Shown piece by piece: positions 40,451 to 49,820 of a DNA stretch of 64,000 bases. The translations under genes and the position numbers were made by a program. This stretch comes from an uncultured Enterobacteriaceae bacterium (GTDB lineage Bacteria > Pseudomonadota > Gammaproteobacteria > UBA6186 > Azoamicaceae). Position 1 is the first letter of the stretch. Every line of letters begins with the position of its first letter. Below the pieces are notes generated by a model. It searched no databases and was not told where the DNA came from. It saw only the letters and a list, made by a program, of their open reading frames with translations. Location of the stretch: the NCBI GenBank assembly GCA_964498335.1, contig CAZCGL010000001.1, positions 166,451 to 230,450 of the forward strand, read 5' to 3'.

Positions 40451-42174
40451 ATTATTTTTATATTTTTTTCTATAATAATTTCTATTATATTTTTAGTTAC
40501 TATTAGAGCAGAATATATTGAAGTTATTATTCCTAAAGATAATGCTATTGCAAAACCTTTTATTGGTCCAGAACCTATTAAAAATAATATTAATGACATT
40601 AATAGTGTTGTTACATTTGCGTCTGTTATACTTGATAATGCATTATTAAATCCATTTTTAACAATAATTTTAATATTTGAATTTATTTTTGCTTCTTCTT
40701 TAATTCTTTCAAAAATTAAAATGTTTGAATCTATATTCATACCTATAGTCAAAATTATTCCTGCTATAGCAGAAAGAGTGAGAGTTACATTTATTATAGA
40801 CATTATACTTATCATTAATGTTATATTTGTAACTAATGCTATTGTAGCTATTAGTCCTAATTTTTTATATCTTATTATCATGAATAATGATATTAATATA
40901 AATGATATTATTAAAGATTTTAAACTATTTTTAATATTATTTTCACCTAGTGAGGGTCCTATTATTTTTTCTTCCACAATTGATAATGTGGTAGGTAGTG
41001 AGCCAGATTTTAATAATAAAGCTAAACTTTTAGATTCTTGAAGATTTAATCCTGTAATTTGAAATTGTTCGTTTAAAGGACTCATTATTTTTGCAATACT
41101 TATTATTTCTTCTTTTAATTTAATTTCATTATTTTTTATATAAGATTCCTTATATATAATAGCCATAAGTTTTCCAATATTTTTGCTAGTTTTTTTGTTT
41201 AATTTCTTTGCGCCATAGCTATTTATTTTTATATTAACACATGGTTTATTAAATGTGTTTTCGAATCCACTGCTGGCATATATAATATCATTTCCATTTA
41301 TTATGCTTTTATTTTTCAAATTAACTTTGTTTTTGTTTTTGTCGTATAATACTTTTATTTTTTTTTCATTTTTTTCTGCTAATAACATGAAGTCTAAAGT
41401 AGCTGTTTTACCTAATATGTTTTTCGCATGTTCGATGTTTTGTATTCCTGGTAAATCTATTGTTATTTTATTTGTGCCGTTTTTTTGTATTATTGTTTCG
41501 GCTATTCCTAATGCGTTTACTCTATTTATTAAAACTGATAATGTTTTATCCATTATTGTATTTTTAAGCGTTGTTTTATATTCTTTTTCTAATTTTATAT
41601 AAATATATTTATCTGTGTTTTTTATTATAAATTTTTTTTCTATGTCTAATATATCTTTTATTTTTTTATTAAGGTAAGAGTCTTTATGTTTTTTTATTTT
41701 AATAATTTTATTATTTTTAATTGTTATATTTTTTTTTTTAATTATATGTTTTATTTTTGTTATTGCGCTTTTTATATCAGTTTCGGTTATATCTTTTGTG
41801 TTTATCTTTGTAACTAAATGTACTCCACCTCTTAAATCTAGTCCTAATTTCATAGGATATGCATTTATTTTTTCCAGATATTTAGTTTTATCTGAAATTA
41901 GAATATTTTGATAAGCATCAATATTTTTTATATTTTTTATATTTTCAAAAACTTTAAATTGTTCTTCAGTAGAAAAAAAACGTAGTGTTAAATGATCGTT
42001 TTCATAGCTTAATGATTTTATTTTGTTATTCTGTATGATATTTTTTATTTCGTTTATTTTATCTGTATTTTTTATTATTATAGCAGGATCTTCTCCATAT
42101 ATATTTGGATAGGAATATATTATACTTATTATAAATATTATAATTATAATTATATTTATTTTTTTATATTTCAT
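40447..42174 (-). CDS. secD: Protein translocase subunit SecD
   Basis: YPNIYGEDPA, LGLDLRGG, RVNALG.AE, IGPSLG, GM..D.NILIFERIKEE, DANVTT, GPIKGFA. Confidence 0.96.
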   Translation of the reverse strand: MKYKKINIIIIIIFIISIIYSYPNIYGEDPAIIIKNTDKINEIKNIIQNNKIKSLSYENDHLTLRFFSTEEQFKVFENIKNIKNIDAYQNILISDKTKYLEKINAYPMKLGLDLRGGVHLVTKINTKDITETDIKSAITKIKHIIKKKNITIKNNKIIKIKKHKDSYLNKKIKDILDIEKKFIIKNTDKYIYIKLEKEYKTTLKNTIMDKTLSVLINRVNALGIAETIIQKNGTNKITIDLPGIQNIEHAKNILGKTATLDFMLLAEKNEKKIKVLYDKNKNKVNLKNKSIINGNDIIYASSGFENTFNKPCVNIKINSYGAKKLNKKTSKNIGKLMAIIYKESYIKNNEIKLKEEIISIAKIMSPLNEQFQITGLNLQESKSLALLLKSGSLPTTLSIVEEKIIGPSLGENNIKNSLKSLIISFILISLFMIIRYKKLGLIATIALVTNITLMISIMSIINVTLTLSAIAGIILTIGMNIDSNILIFERIKEEAKINSNIKIIVKNGFNNALSSITDANVTTLLMSLILFLIGSGPIKGFAIALSLGIITSIYSALIVTKNIIEIIIEKNIKII

Positions 42175-42521
42175 TTTATATTTTTTATTGTTCCTTTAGG
42201 AATGATTGTGGATATGAATTCTTTTTTAATTATTAATGTAGTATTATTACATATATCTAATATTATGAATTGATCTGTTATTTTTTCTATTTTTCCTAAA
42301 ATTCCACTATTTGTTATAATTTCATCATTTATTTTAATATTTTCTATTAAATACTTATGCTCTTTAGCTTTTTTTGTTTGAGGTCTTATTATCACAAAAT
42401 ACATTATTGCAAATAATCCTATAAAAAGCAGTATGGAGCTTAATCCGCCTGTTAAGTCTGAATCATTTTGATTAGCATATAAATTGAAAGGAATTATTGA
42501 TAGTAATATTAATTTTTTCAT
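42171..42521 (-). CDS. yajC: Preprotein translocase subunit YajC
   Basis: YFVIIRPQ.KKAKEH, DEIIT.SGILG.I, PKGTI. Confidence 0.95.
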   Translation of the reverse strand: MKKLILLSIIPFNLYANQNDSDLTGGLSSILLFIGLFAIMYFVIIRPQTKKAKEHKYLIENIKINDEIITNSGILGKIEKITDQFIILDICNNTTLIIKKEFISTIIPKGTIKNIK

Positions 42522-42646
42522 ATTTTTTAAAATTAAATAATTATTTTTATTGATATTTTATAGTAATATTTATTAAAATTCTATATGTGAATTTATTTTT
42601 TTTGTATATATATTTTTTTTTTGTTAATATTAAACATATTAGTTTT

Positions 42647-42733
42647 GCCGGGGTGGTGGAATTGGTAGACACGATAGACTCAAAATCTATTAGTTTTTTT
42701 ACAACTGTGAGAGTTCAAGTCTCTCCCTCGGTA
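42647..42733 (+). tRNA. tRNA-Leu (CAA), no encoded CCA
   Basis: Acceptor GCCGGGG/CCTCGGT+A, D loop TTGGTAGAC, anticodon arm ATAGA-CTCAAAA-TCTAT, long variable arm, GAGAG-TTCAAGT-CTCTC. Confidence 0.95.
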
Positions 42734-42740
42734 TTTTTTT

Positions 42741-43415
42741 ATGATAGAATATTCTTGGGATTTAGAATTAAAATCTGAAATTAGTAAGCCGTATTTTAAC
42801 ACTTTATTAGATTTCATAAAAGAAGAGCGAAAAATAAAAAATATTTATCCTAGTGCCGATAATTTGTTTTATTGTTTTCAATCTACGCCTTTTTATAGAG
42901 TTAAGGTTGTTATACTTGGTCAAGACCCATATTGTAATTTTGGTCAAGCACATGGTTTATCATTTTCTGTTTTGCCTGGATGTAGGTTACCTGGTTCTTT
43001 GCTAAATATATATAAAGAATTACATAATGATTTAGGCATTTCACCTGCTAAGAATGGTACATTAACTTATTGGGCTAAACAAGGCGTTTTATTGTTAAAT
43101 ACTGTTTTAACTGTTGAAGAAGGTAAACCTGGGTCACATTTTAATATAGGATGGGAATTTTTTACTAATTCTATTATTAGGCATTTATCAGAAGCCAATA
43201 GAAATATTATTTTTGTTTTGTGGGGGAGAAGCGCGCTTGAAAAATCTGAATTGATAAATAATACTACTAATATCATTATTACCGCAGCACATCCCTCTCC
43301 AATGTCTGCAAATAAAGGATTTTTTGGATCAAGACCTTTTTCCAGAATTAATTTAAATTTAAAATTATTAAAAAGACGTCAAATTGATTGGCGATTGGAT
43401 AGAATTTATGGATGA
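42741..43415 (+). CDS. ung: Uracil-DNA glycosylase
   Basis: GQDPY, QAHGLSFSV, QGVLLLN.VLTV, HPSP.S. Confidence 0.97.
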   Translation: MIEYSWDLELKSEISKPYFNTLLDFIKEERKIKNIYPSADNLFYCFQSTPFYRVKVVILGQDPYCNFGQAHGLSFSVLPGCRLPGSLLNIYKELHNDLGISPAKNGTLTYWAKQGVLLLNTVLTVEEGKPGSHFNIGWEFFTNSIIRHLSEANRNIIFVLWGRSALEKSELINNTTNIIITAAHPSPMSANKGFFGSRPFSRINLNLKLLKRRQIDWRLDRIYG

Positions 43416-44457
43416 AAAAATTTTATTTAGATTAGAAGCAGATTTAAAAAGATATGAATTTTTAGAAAATAAATTAATTGATAAAGATGTATTAAGTAAT
43501 TCATCTTTATTTTTAGATTTTTATAAAGAACATGCATCATTAAAAAGTTTAGTATCGTTATTTATTGATTATAAAAAACTTTGTGTTAATATAAATGATT
43601 ATAAAAGTTTAATGGAGAGTGATGATTTAGATTTTAGATCTTTAGTTCTTGAAGAGTTTGAGTTATTAAATAAAAAAAAAGCACAGGTAGAATCTAGTAT
43701 ATTAGATATTATTTACCCAGAAAATAAAGTAACGGCATATAAAAATATCTTTTTAGAAATAAGATCAGCTACTGGTGGGGATGAATCATCTATTTTTGCA
43801 GAAGATTTATTTAAAATGTATACTAATTTTTTTTTAATAAAAAAATGGAAAGTAGAAATAATGAGTTTTAGTTTTGGAAACGTTGGTGGATATAAAGAGG
43901 TAATTATTAGAGTTTTAGGGTCTAATTCTTATGATTTAATGAAAAATGAATCCGGTATTCATAGAGTTCAAAGAGTTCCAAAAACTGAATCACGTGGGAG
44001 AGTGCATACATCTACTTGTAGTGTTGCTATTATGCCTGAACTTGAAATTATAGATAATATAAATATGGATAGTAATGATTTAAGAATTGATACGTATAGA
44101 TCAGGTGGTGCTGGTGGTCAACATGTTAATGTTACAGATTCTGCTGTTAGAATCATTCACAAGCCAACAGGGCTAGTAGCTGAATGTCAGGATGAAAGAT
44201 CTCAACATAAGAATAAACAGAAAGCTCTTTCTTTATTAAAAACACGACTATTATTATTAGAGCAAAATAAACAGAAATTTGAGATAGATGATCATAGACG
44301 TAAACTAATAGGTACTGGTATTAGATCTGAAAAAATAAGGACTTATAATTATATTGATAATAGAATTACTGATCATAGATATAATATCACTTTACATAAA
44401 TTGAATGATGTTATGAGTGGAAAGTTATTTTTATTATTAGATCTTATAAATAAGTGA
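43408..44457 (+). CDS. prfA: Peptide chain release factor 1
   Basis: HRVQRVPKTE (PxT RF1 motif), GAGGQHVN, RSEKIRTYN. Start at ATG 43408. Confidence 0.96.
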   Translation: MDEKILFRLEADLKRYEFLENKLIDKDVLSNSSLFLDFYKEHASLKSLVSLFIDYKKLCVNINDYKSLMESDDLDFRSLVLEEFELLNKKKAQVESSILDIIYPENKVTAYKNIFLEIRSATGGDESSIFAEDLFKMYTNFFLIKKWKVEIMSFSFGNVGGYKEVIIRVLGSNSYDLMKNESGIHRVQRVPKTESRGRVHTSTCSVAIMPELEIIDNINMDSNDLRIDTYRSGGAGGQHVNVTDSAVRIIHKPTGLVAECQDERSQHKNKQKALSLLKTRLLLLEQNKQKFEIDDHRRKLIGTGIRSEKIRTYNYIDNRITDHRYNITLHKLNDVMSGKLFLLLDLINK

Positions 44458-44463
44458 TTTTAC

Positions 44464-45099
44464 ATGAATGTTTTAAAATTTAATATTTTTTTTTTAATAG
44501 GAAAAAAATATTATCTTTATAATAAATGCTTTATATATTATCCTATTTTTCAACCAAGGAATGATACAGCTTTTTTTTTTGATATTTATATAAATTTTTT
44601 TGATAAGTTTTTTATAATAAATATTTTAGAACCTGGTTTTGGAACTGCTTTTTTTATTAGCTCTTTACATCGTTCGTATTATTTAAATGTTTTTAGTATA
44701 GATATATCTTTTTTTTCTTTTACTTTTTTTAATTTTTTTTTTAATAATTTTTTTATTTATAATTGCGAATGGTATTATATGTTTTATGCTTTTAAAAAAT
44801 TTAATTATATTTTTTGTAATCCGCCGTATTTATCTAATAATGATGCAAATTTTTTTTATTTCAATAACATAACAGAATATAAATATTCATTAATATCTAA
44901 GAAAATTGGGTTTTTTGATCTATTTTTTCTTATTAAGAAAGCTTATAATTGTTTATGTTCTAATGGTTTTTTTGTTTTGGAACATGGATATTCACAATGT
45001 TTTTTGGTTAAAAAATTTATGATAATGATTGGTTTTATTAATATTTACACATATAATGATTTATCTAAATTAAATAGAATTACTATAGGAGAAAAGTAA
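44464..45099 (+). CDS. prmC: Release factor glutamine methyltransferase, eroded and N-terminally truncated
   Basis: PR.DT, ILEPGFGT (degenerate SAM motif I), NPPY, LEHG..Q, D....R. Directly after prfA. Confidence 0.8.
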   Translation: MNVLKFNIFFLIGKKYYLYNKCFIYYPIFQPRNDTAFFFDIYINFFDKFFIINILEPGFGTAFFISSLHRSYYLNVFSIDISFFSFTFFNFFFNNFFIYNCEWYYMFYAFKKFNYIFCNPPYLSNNDANFFYFNNITEYKYSLISKKIGFFDLFFLIKKAYNCLCSNGFFVLEHGYSQCFLVKKFMIMIGFINIYTYNDLSKLNRITIGEK

Positions 45100-45105
45100 T
45101 ATTAT

Positions 45106-45306
45106 TTATTCTTCTTTGTTTTGGTTTTTTTTGTAATCAGTTTTGTACCAACCTTTACCTTTAAGTTTAAAATGTGATGCTGATATTTTTTTTTCCAAAG
45201 TAGTTGTTTTACATATAGAACATATATGATTGTTTTTTTCATTTATTTTTTCTAATATCTCTGTTACATTTTTACATTTATTGCATATATATTCATATAT
45301 AGGCAT
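45106..45306 (-). CDS. FmdB-family zinc-ribbon protein
   Basis: MPIYEY.C..C...E......C..C....L.K.IS...F.LKG.GWY.TDY. Confidence 0.88.
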   Translation of the reverse strand: MPIYEYICNKCKNVTEILEKINEKNNHICSICKTTTLEKKISASHFKLKGKGWYKTDYKKNQNKEE

Positions 45307-45383
45307 GTTTTTTTCCGTTGTTATTTTTTGTATTATATTTTATTATTTATTTTAATGATAGTCTATATTTATTTCGAGGTTTT

Positions 45384-45626
45384 ATGATTGGATTAATAAA
45401 AGGCTTATTTTACATGATATTTGTTTTAATTATCATGCAAGGTTTTAATTTTTTGTATAATTTTATAATGTTTTATTTTAAAAATAAGAAAAAAAATGAA
45501 AATAATTTTGATTCTAATATTTCTTTAAATATGTTGCAGTGCGAAAAATGTAAAATTTATATTTCTAAATCTGAAGCATATATTTTAAATGGTAAAATTT
45601 ATTGCAAAAAAGATCATTCTAATTAA
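45384..45626 (+). CDS. PP0621-like membrane-anchored zinc-finger protein
   Basis: N-terminal TM helix, then M.QC..C..YI.K.EA....G..YC...H. Start at ATG 45384 after GAGGT. Confidence 0.7.
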   Translation: MIGLIKGLFYMIFVLIIMQGFNFLYNFIMFYFKNKKKNENNFDSNISLNMLQCEKCKIYISKSEAYILNGKIYCKKDHSN

Positions 45627-45628
45627 AT

Positions 45629-45702
45629 ATACCTGTAGCTTAACTGGATAAAGCATTAAATTCCGAATTTAATAGATATAGGTTCAAGTCCTATCAGGTA
45701 TA
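45629..45702 (+). tRNA. tRNA-Arg (CCG), AU-rich, no encoded CCA
   Basis: Acceptor ATACCTG/CAGGTAT+A, D stem GCTT/AAGC, anticodon arm TTAAA-TTCCGAA-TTTAA, T arm ATAGG-TTCAAGT-CCTAT. Confidence 0.92.
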
Positions 45703-45703
45703 T

Positions 45704-47203
45704 TTATTCTTGAACATACGCTTTAATTTTATCATGAACTTGTATTAATGAGTAGTCTTTTATATTTATACCACATTCTTTACCTTGAGTTACTTCATTA
45801 ACTTGATTTTTAAATATTTTAATTGAAGAAATTAGTCCTTTATGTATTAAATTATTTTTTCTGAAAATTTTTATTATTGAGTTTTGTTTGATTTTTCCTT
45901 GAGTAACTAAGCATCCTGCTATTGTGTCTTTTTCTTGTACAAATATTTTTTTGATATCTGCTACGCCTATTAATATTTCTTTTTTATCTTCTTCAGTTAA
46001 GTTTTTTATTGTATCAGTAATGTAATATATCAACTCGTGTATTAGTGTGAATGATTTAAAAATTATATTTTTATTTTGTATTAGTTTAGTTATTTGATTA
46101 GAATTCTTTATTTTAAATCCTATTATAGTAGATTTAGTTATACTTGCCAAATCTATGTCAGATTTATTAATTATACCTATATTTACTTTAATGATATTTA
46201 TTTTAATTTTATCTGTTACTATATTATTTATAGCATCTTTCAATACATCCATTGATCCTTGTACATCTGTTTTTATTATGATATTTAATTTTTTTTCTTT
46301 TGTAGATGTCATTTTTTTAATGATATCTTCTACTGTATATGTACTTTTTATTTCAGTTTTTTCTTTATTTGATAAATCACTTTTCTTTTTTATATTTTTG
46401 TCTTTTTTTACACATTCAAAATAGCTACCTATTTCTTGATTATGTTTTAGTCCTACTATATTTACATACATTGATGGTATTGCTTCATTGATATTTTTAT
46501 TTTCGTATATTATAAGTTTGATTTTACCATAATCATTTTTAGTTTTTATGATATCACCTTTTTTTAATTTTCCGTTTTTTATTATTATTGAAGTTATTAT
46601 TCCTTGATTATTATCCATTTTGTTATCTAAAATAATACCATCAGCTAACCCATCTGATTTACATTCTAAATTCATTAATTCGCTTTGAATATTTATTAAT
46701 TCTAGCAAATTATCTATTCCTTCTCCAGTCTTTGATGATATATAAGCAATAAATGTATCTCCACCCCATGCTTCTTGTATTAATCCTAAATTTGATAAAT
46801 CATTTATAATTTTTTCTTTTTTGTTTTCTAATTCTATTTTATCTATTTTATTTATACATACTATTATTGGTTTATTGTATTTTTTAGCTATGTCTATAGA
46901 TTCAATAGTTTGTGGTTTTATTCCATCATCTAGTGATATAATTAATAGTATTATGTCGGAGTTTTTAATACTTTCTATACGTATTATATTAAAGGCTAAA
47001 TGACCAGGAGTGTCTATAAAAGTCATTGTTCCATATTTTGTTTTAATATTATATGCATTTAATTGCTGAGTTATTCCACCATGCTCTTTAATTGAATTTT
47101 TAACATTCCTTATATAATTAAGAAATGTTGTTTTTCCATGATCTATGTGGCCAGCTATTGTTATTATAGGTGGTCTATTTATTTTTTTTTCTTTATACGA
47201 CAT
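45704..47203 (-). CDS. infB: Translation initiation factor IF-2 lacking the N-terminal domain
   Basis: RPPIITIAGHIDHGKTT begins at residue ~10. GGITQ, DTPGH, NKID, K.DVQGS, G.ECGI. Confidence 0.96.
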   Translation of the reverse strand: MSYKEKKINRPPIITIAGHIDHGKTTFLNYIRNVKNSIKEHGGITQQLNAYNIKTKYGTMTFIDTPGHLAFNIIRIESIKNSDIILLIISLDDGIKPQTIESIDIAKKYNKPIIVCINKIDKIELENKKEKIINDLSNLGLIQEAWGGDTFIAYISSKTGEGIDNLLELINIQSELMNLECKSDGLADGIILDNKMDNNQGIITSIIIKNGKLKKGDIIKTKNDYGKIKLIIYENKNINEAIPSMYVNIVGLKHNQEIGSYFECVKKDKNIKKKSDLSNKEKTEIKSTYTVEDIIKKMTSTKEKKLNIIIKTDVQGSMDVLKDAINNIVTDKIKINIIKVNIGIINKSDIDLASITKSTIIGFKIKNSNQITKLIQNKNIIFKSFTLIHELIYYITDTIKNLTEEDKKEILIGVADIKKIFVQEKDTIAGCLVTQGKIKQNSIIKIFRKNNLIHKGLISSIKIFKNQVNEVTQGKECGINIKDYSLIQVHDKIKAYVQE

Positions 47204-47207
47204 AATT

Positions 47208-48236
47208 TTATTTTAAATATTCATTTATATTTAAATTCCATTTAATTAATTTTGTTATAAGTTTTATATTTTGTCCTTGTTTGCCTATTACTTTTGATAA
47301 ACTTTCTTTTTTAACTGAAATATTTATTAATCTAATTTTTTCGTCTATTTCTATTTTTTTTATTTCTATTGGAAAGAATATATTTATTATATATTTAAAT
47401 AAGTTTTGATCCCAATTTATTATATCTATTTTTTCACCGTATAATTCATTTGATATATTTTGTATTCTTTTGCCTCGCATACCTATGCATGCACCTATTG
47501 GATCTATATCTTTAACATTTGCTTTTATAGCAACTTTTGCTTTTATTCCAGGATCTCTAGCTATGTCTTTTATTTCTAAGTATTCAGATTTTATTTCAGG
47601 AATTTCTAATTTTAGTAATTCACTTAGCATGTCATTTGATGTTCTACTTAATTGAAATTCTTGGTGTTTTTTATTAGATTTGATCATGCATGCTTTCACT
47701 TTATCTCCGATTTTAAAAGATTCATTTGGTATTAAATTTGTTTTTTTAATACTACCATCTATATCATCGTTTATCGTTATTATAATTTCTTCATTAGTTA
47801 TTTTTTTTACTATACCAAACATTAGTTTAGTGTTATTAAAATCTTTTAAATTTAATTCTTTTTCTGCATTTTTTACACGTTTATGTATTATATTTCTAGC
47901 TAATTGCGCATCTATTCTACCGAAATGTATAGACTCTATTTCTTTTTTTATTTTATCGCCTATTTTTATGTTTGGATTATATTTTTGTGCTTGGATTAAT
48001 GCTATATTTTTGAACGGATTTAATGTTTTAAAATCATCGGTAACGGTATATAATGCGTAAGTTTTATATATTCCAGTTTCTTGATCAACATCGGTTTCTA
48101 CTTCTAACATTTTATACTTTTTTTTAGTAGCTATTAAGATAGCTTCTTTTATTGCGTTAAAAATAATCTCTTTTGATATACCTTTTTCATTTGATACACT
48201 ATCTATTATAGATTTTAAAGGAATTTTTTTATTCAT
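47208..48236 (-). CDS. nusA: Transcription factor NusA (no C-terminal AR domains)
   Basis: VSNEKG, FGRI.AQ.A, EIPEI, ARDPG...KVA, DPIGACIGMRG.R, IGK.GQN. Confidence 0.95.
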   Translation of the reverse strand: MNKKIPLKSIIDSVSNEKGISKEIIFNAIKEAILIATKKKYKMLEVETDVDQETGIYKTYALYTVTDDFKTLNPFKNIALIQAQKYNPNIKIGDKIKKEIESIHFGRIDAQLARNIIHKRVKNAEKELNLKDFNNTKLMFGIVKKITNEEIIITINDDIDGSIKKTNLIPNESFKIGDKVKACMIKSNKKHQEFQLSRTSNDMLSELLKLEIPEIKSEYLEIKDIARDPGIKAKVAIKANVKDIDPIGACIGMRGKRIQNISNELYGEKIDIINWDQNLFKYIINIFFPIEIKKIEIDEKIRLINISVKKESLSKVIGKQGQNIKLITKLIKWNLNINEYLK

Positions 48237-48308
48237 TAGTCTATCTCTTTTAAAAAGGAAATTATTTTTAAAATGTTATTTTATAATACAAAATAAAAAT
48301 CATGTAGT

Positions 48309-48382
<74 letters not shown>

Positions 48383-48521
48383 ATGAAATTAATTCTAATA
48401 AAAAATATTTAGAAATACAAGTAGTGTTTGTAAAAAAATAAAATTTTTATATATTATTTTTATATATTTTTATTTATACTAATATTATTTGATTTTTTAA
48501 TATGTTTTTTAAAGAGGTTGT

Positions 48522-49766
48522 ATGATTGGACATGAGGTTATAGGTATACTAATTTCTTTGACCGCTATTTCTAGTTATATTAACTATCGATATATTAAAT
48601 TACCTAAATCAATAGGAATAACGTCTATTACTTTATCTTTGTCTTTGATCATGGTTGTTTGTGGAAAGATAGGTTTAAATACTGAATATATAAACATTTT
48701 ATTAGATGGTGTTAAATTTAATGAAACTTTTTTGCATGGCATGTTGAGTTTTTTACTTTTTGCTGGATCATTGCATGTTAATATTATAGAATTATCTAGA
48801 TATAAAGTTTTAATTACATTGTTAGCTACAGTAAGTGTTTTATTTTCTGCGTTTTTTATAGGTTATACAGTATATTGGTTAACTCAGTTTTTATGTATTA
48901 ATTTACCATTTTATTACTGTTTTGTATTTGGAGCGTTAATATCACCTACTGATCCTATAGCTGTTTTAGGTGTGTTAAAAAATATAAAGGCGCCTAGATC
49001 GTTAGAATTGAAAATAGCTGGTGAAGCTTTGTTTAATGATGGCATGGGATTAGTTCTTTTTTTTGTAGCATTATCGTTAACTTCCGAGTTAAGAAATGTT
49101 TTGGCATTTGATGCTGTTATTTTTTATTTTTTTAAACAAGGTGTAGGTGGACTTTTTTTAGGATTAATTATAGGTTTTTTTTCTGCTAAAATTTTAAAGG
49201 ATATTAATGATTCCGAGGTTGCTATAGTTATTACATTAGCTATAGTTTCTGGCGGTTATACATTATCACATTCTGTTTTTGGCGTTTCTGGCCCAATTTG
49301 TATGGCTACAGCTGGATTAGTTATAGGTAATTCTATTAAAAATAATAATATGAGCGATGAAACTGTTATAAGATTAGCGTCGTTTTGGGAATTATTAGAT
49401 GAAGTATTAAATGCTATATTATTTGTTTTAATAGGACTTGAATTTATGGGAATACGATTTGATTTATACACAACTTTAGCATCTATCGGTGTTATTTTTA
49501 TAACACTATTTGCTAGATTAGTTAGTATTTTAATTCCTGTAGTATGGTTATCAAAGTTTAAATTTTTTAATTTTGAATTAGTTTTAATATTAACTTGGGG
49601 AGGGTTACGTGGTGGCATTTCAATTGCTTTAGCTTTGAGTATAGAAAGTGTGTATCATGATTTTTTAGTTGCAATAACATATGTTGTTGTTATATTTTCA
49701 ATGATGGTTCAAGGTGTTACTATAGGACCTTTAATAAGAAAATTTATGCGTAAATGGAGGATTTGA
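48522..49766 (+). CDS. CPA1-family Na+(K+)/H+ antiporter (NhaP-like)
   Basis: ML.FLLFAGSLH, FGALISPTDPIAV, GEALFNDG, LTWGGLRGGIS.ALALS, VQG.TI. Confidence 0.92.
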   Translation: MIGHEVIGILISLTAISSYINYRYIKLPKSIGITSITLSLSLIMVVCGKIGLNTEYINILLDGVKFNETFLHGMLSFLLFAGSLHVNIIELSRYKVLITLLATVSVLFSAFFIGYTVYWLTQFLCINLPFYYCFVFGALISPTDPIAVLGVLKNIKAPRSLELKIAGEALFNDGMGLVLFFVALSLTSELRNVLAFDAVIFYFFKQGVGGLFLGLIIGFFSAKILKDINDSEVAIVITLAIVSGGYTLSHSVFGVSGPICMATAGLVIGNSIKNNNMSDETVIRLASFWELLDEVLNAILFVLIGLEFMGIRFDLYTTLASIGVIFITLFARLVSILIPVVWLSKFKFFNFELVLILTWGGLRGGISIALALSIESVYHDFLVAITYVVVIFSMMVQGVTIGPLIRKFMRKWRI

Positions 49767-49820
49767 TTATATATTAAATAATTATTATTATATTTTTATT
49801 TATATATTTTAGGTTTTATT

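Noticed and set aside
42587-42778. 63-aa + strand ORF
   Set aside because: It runs through tRNA-Leu(CAA) and into ung, so it is a chance frame.
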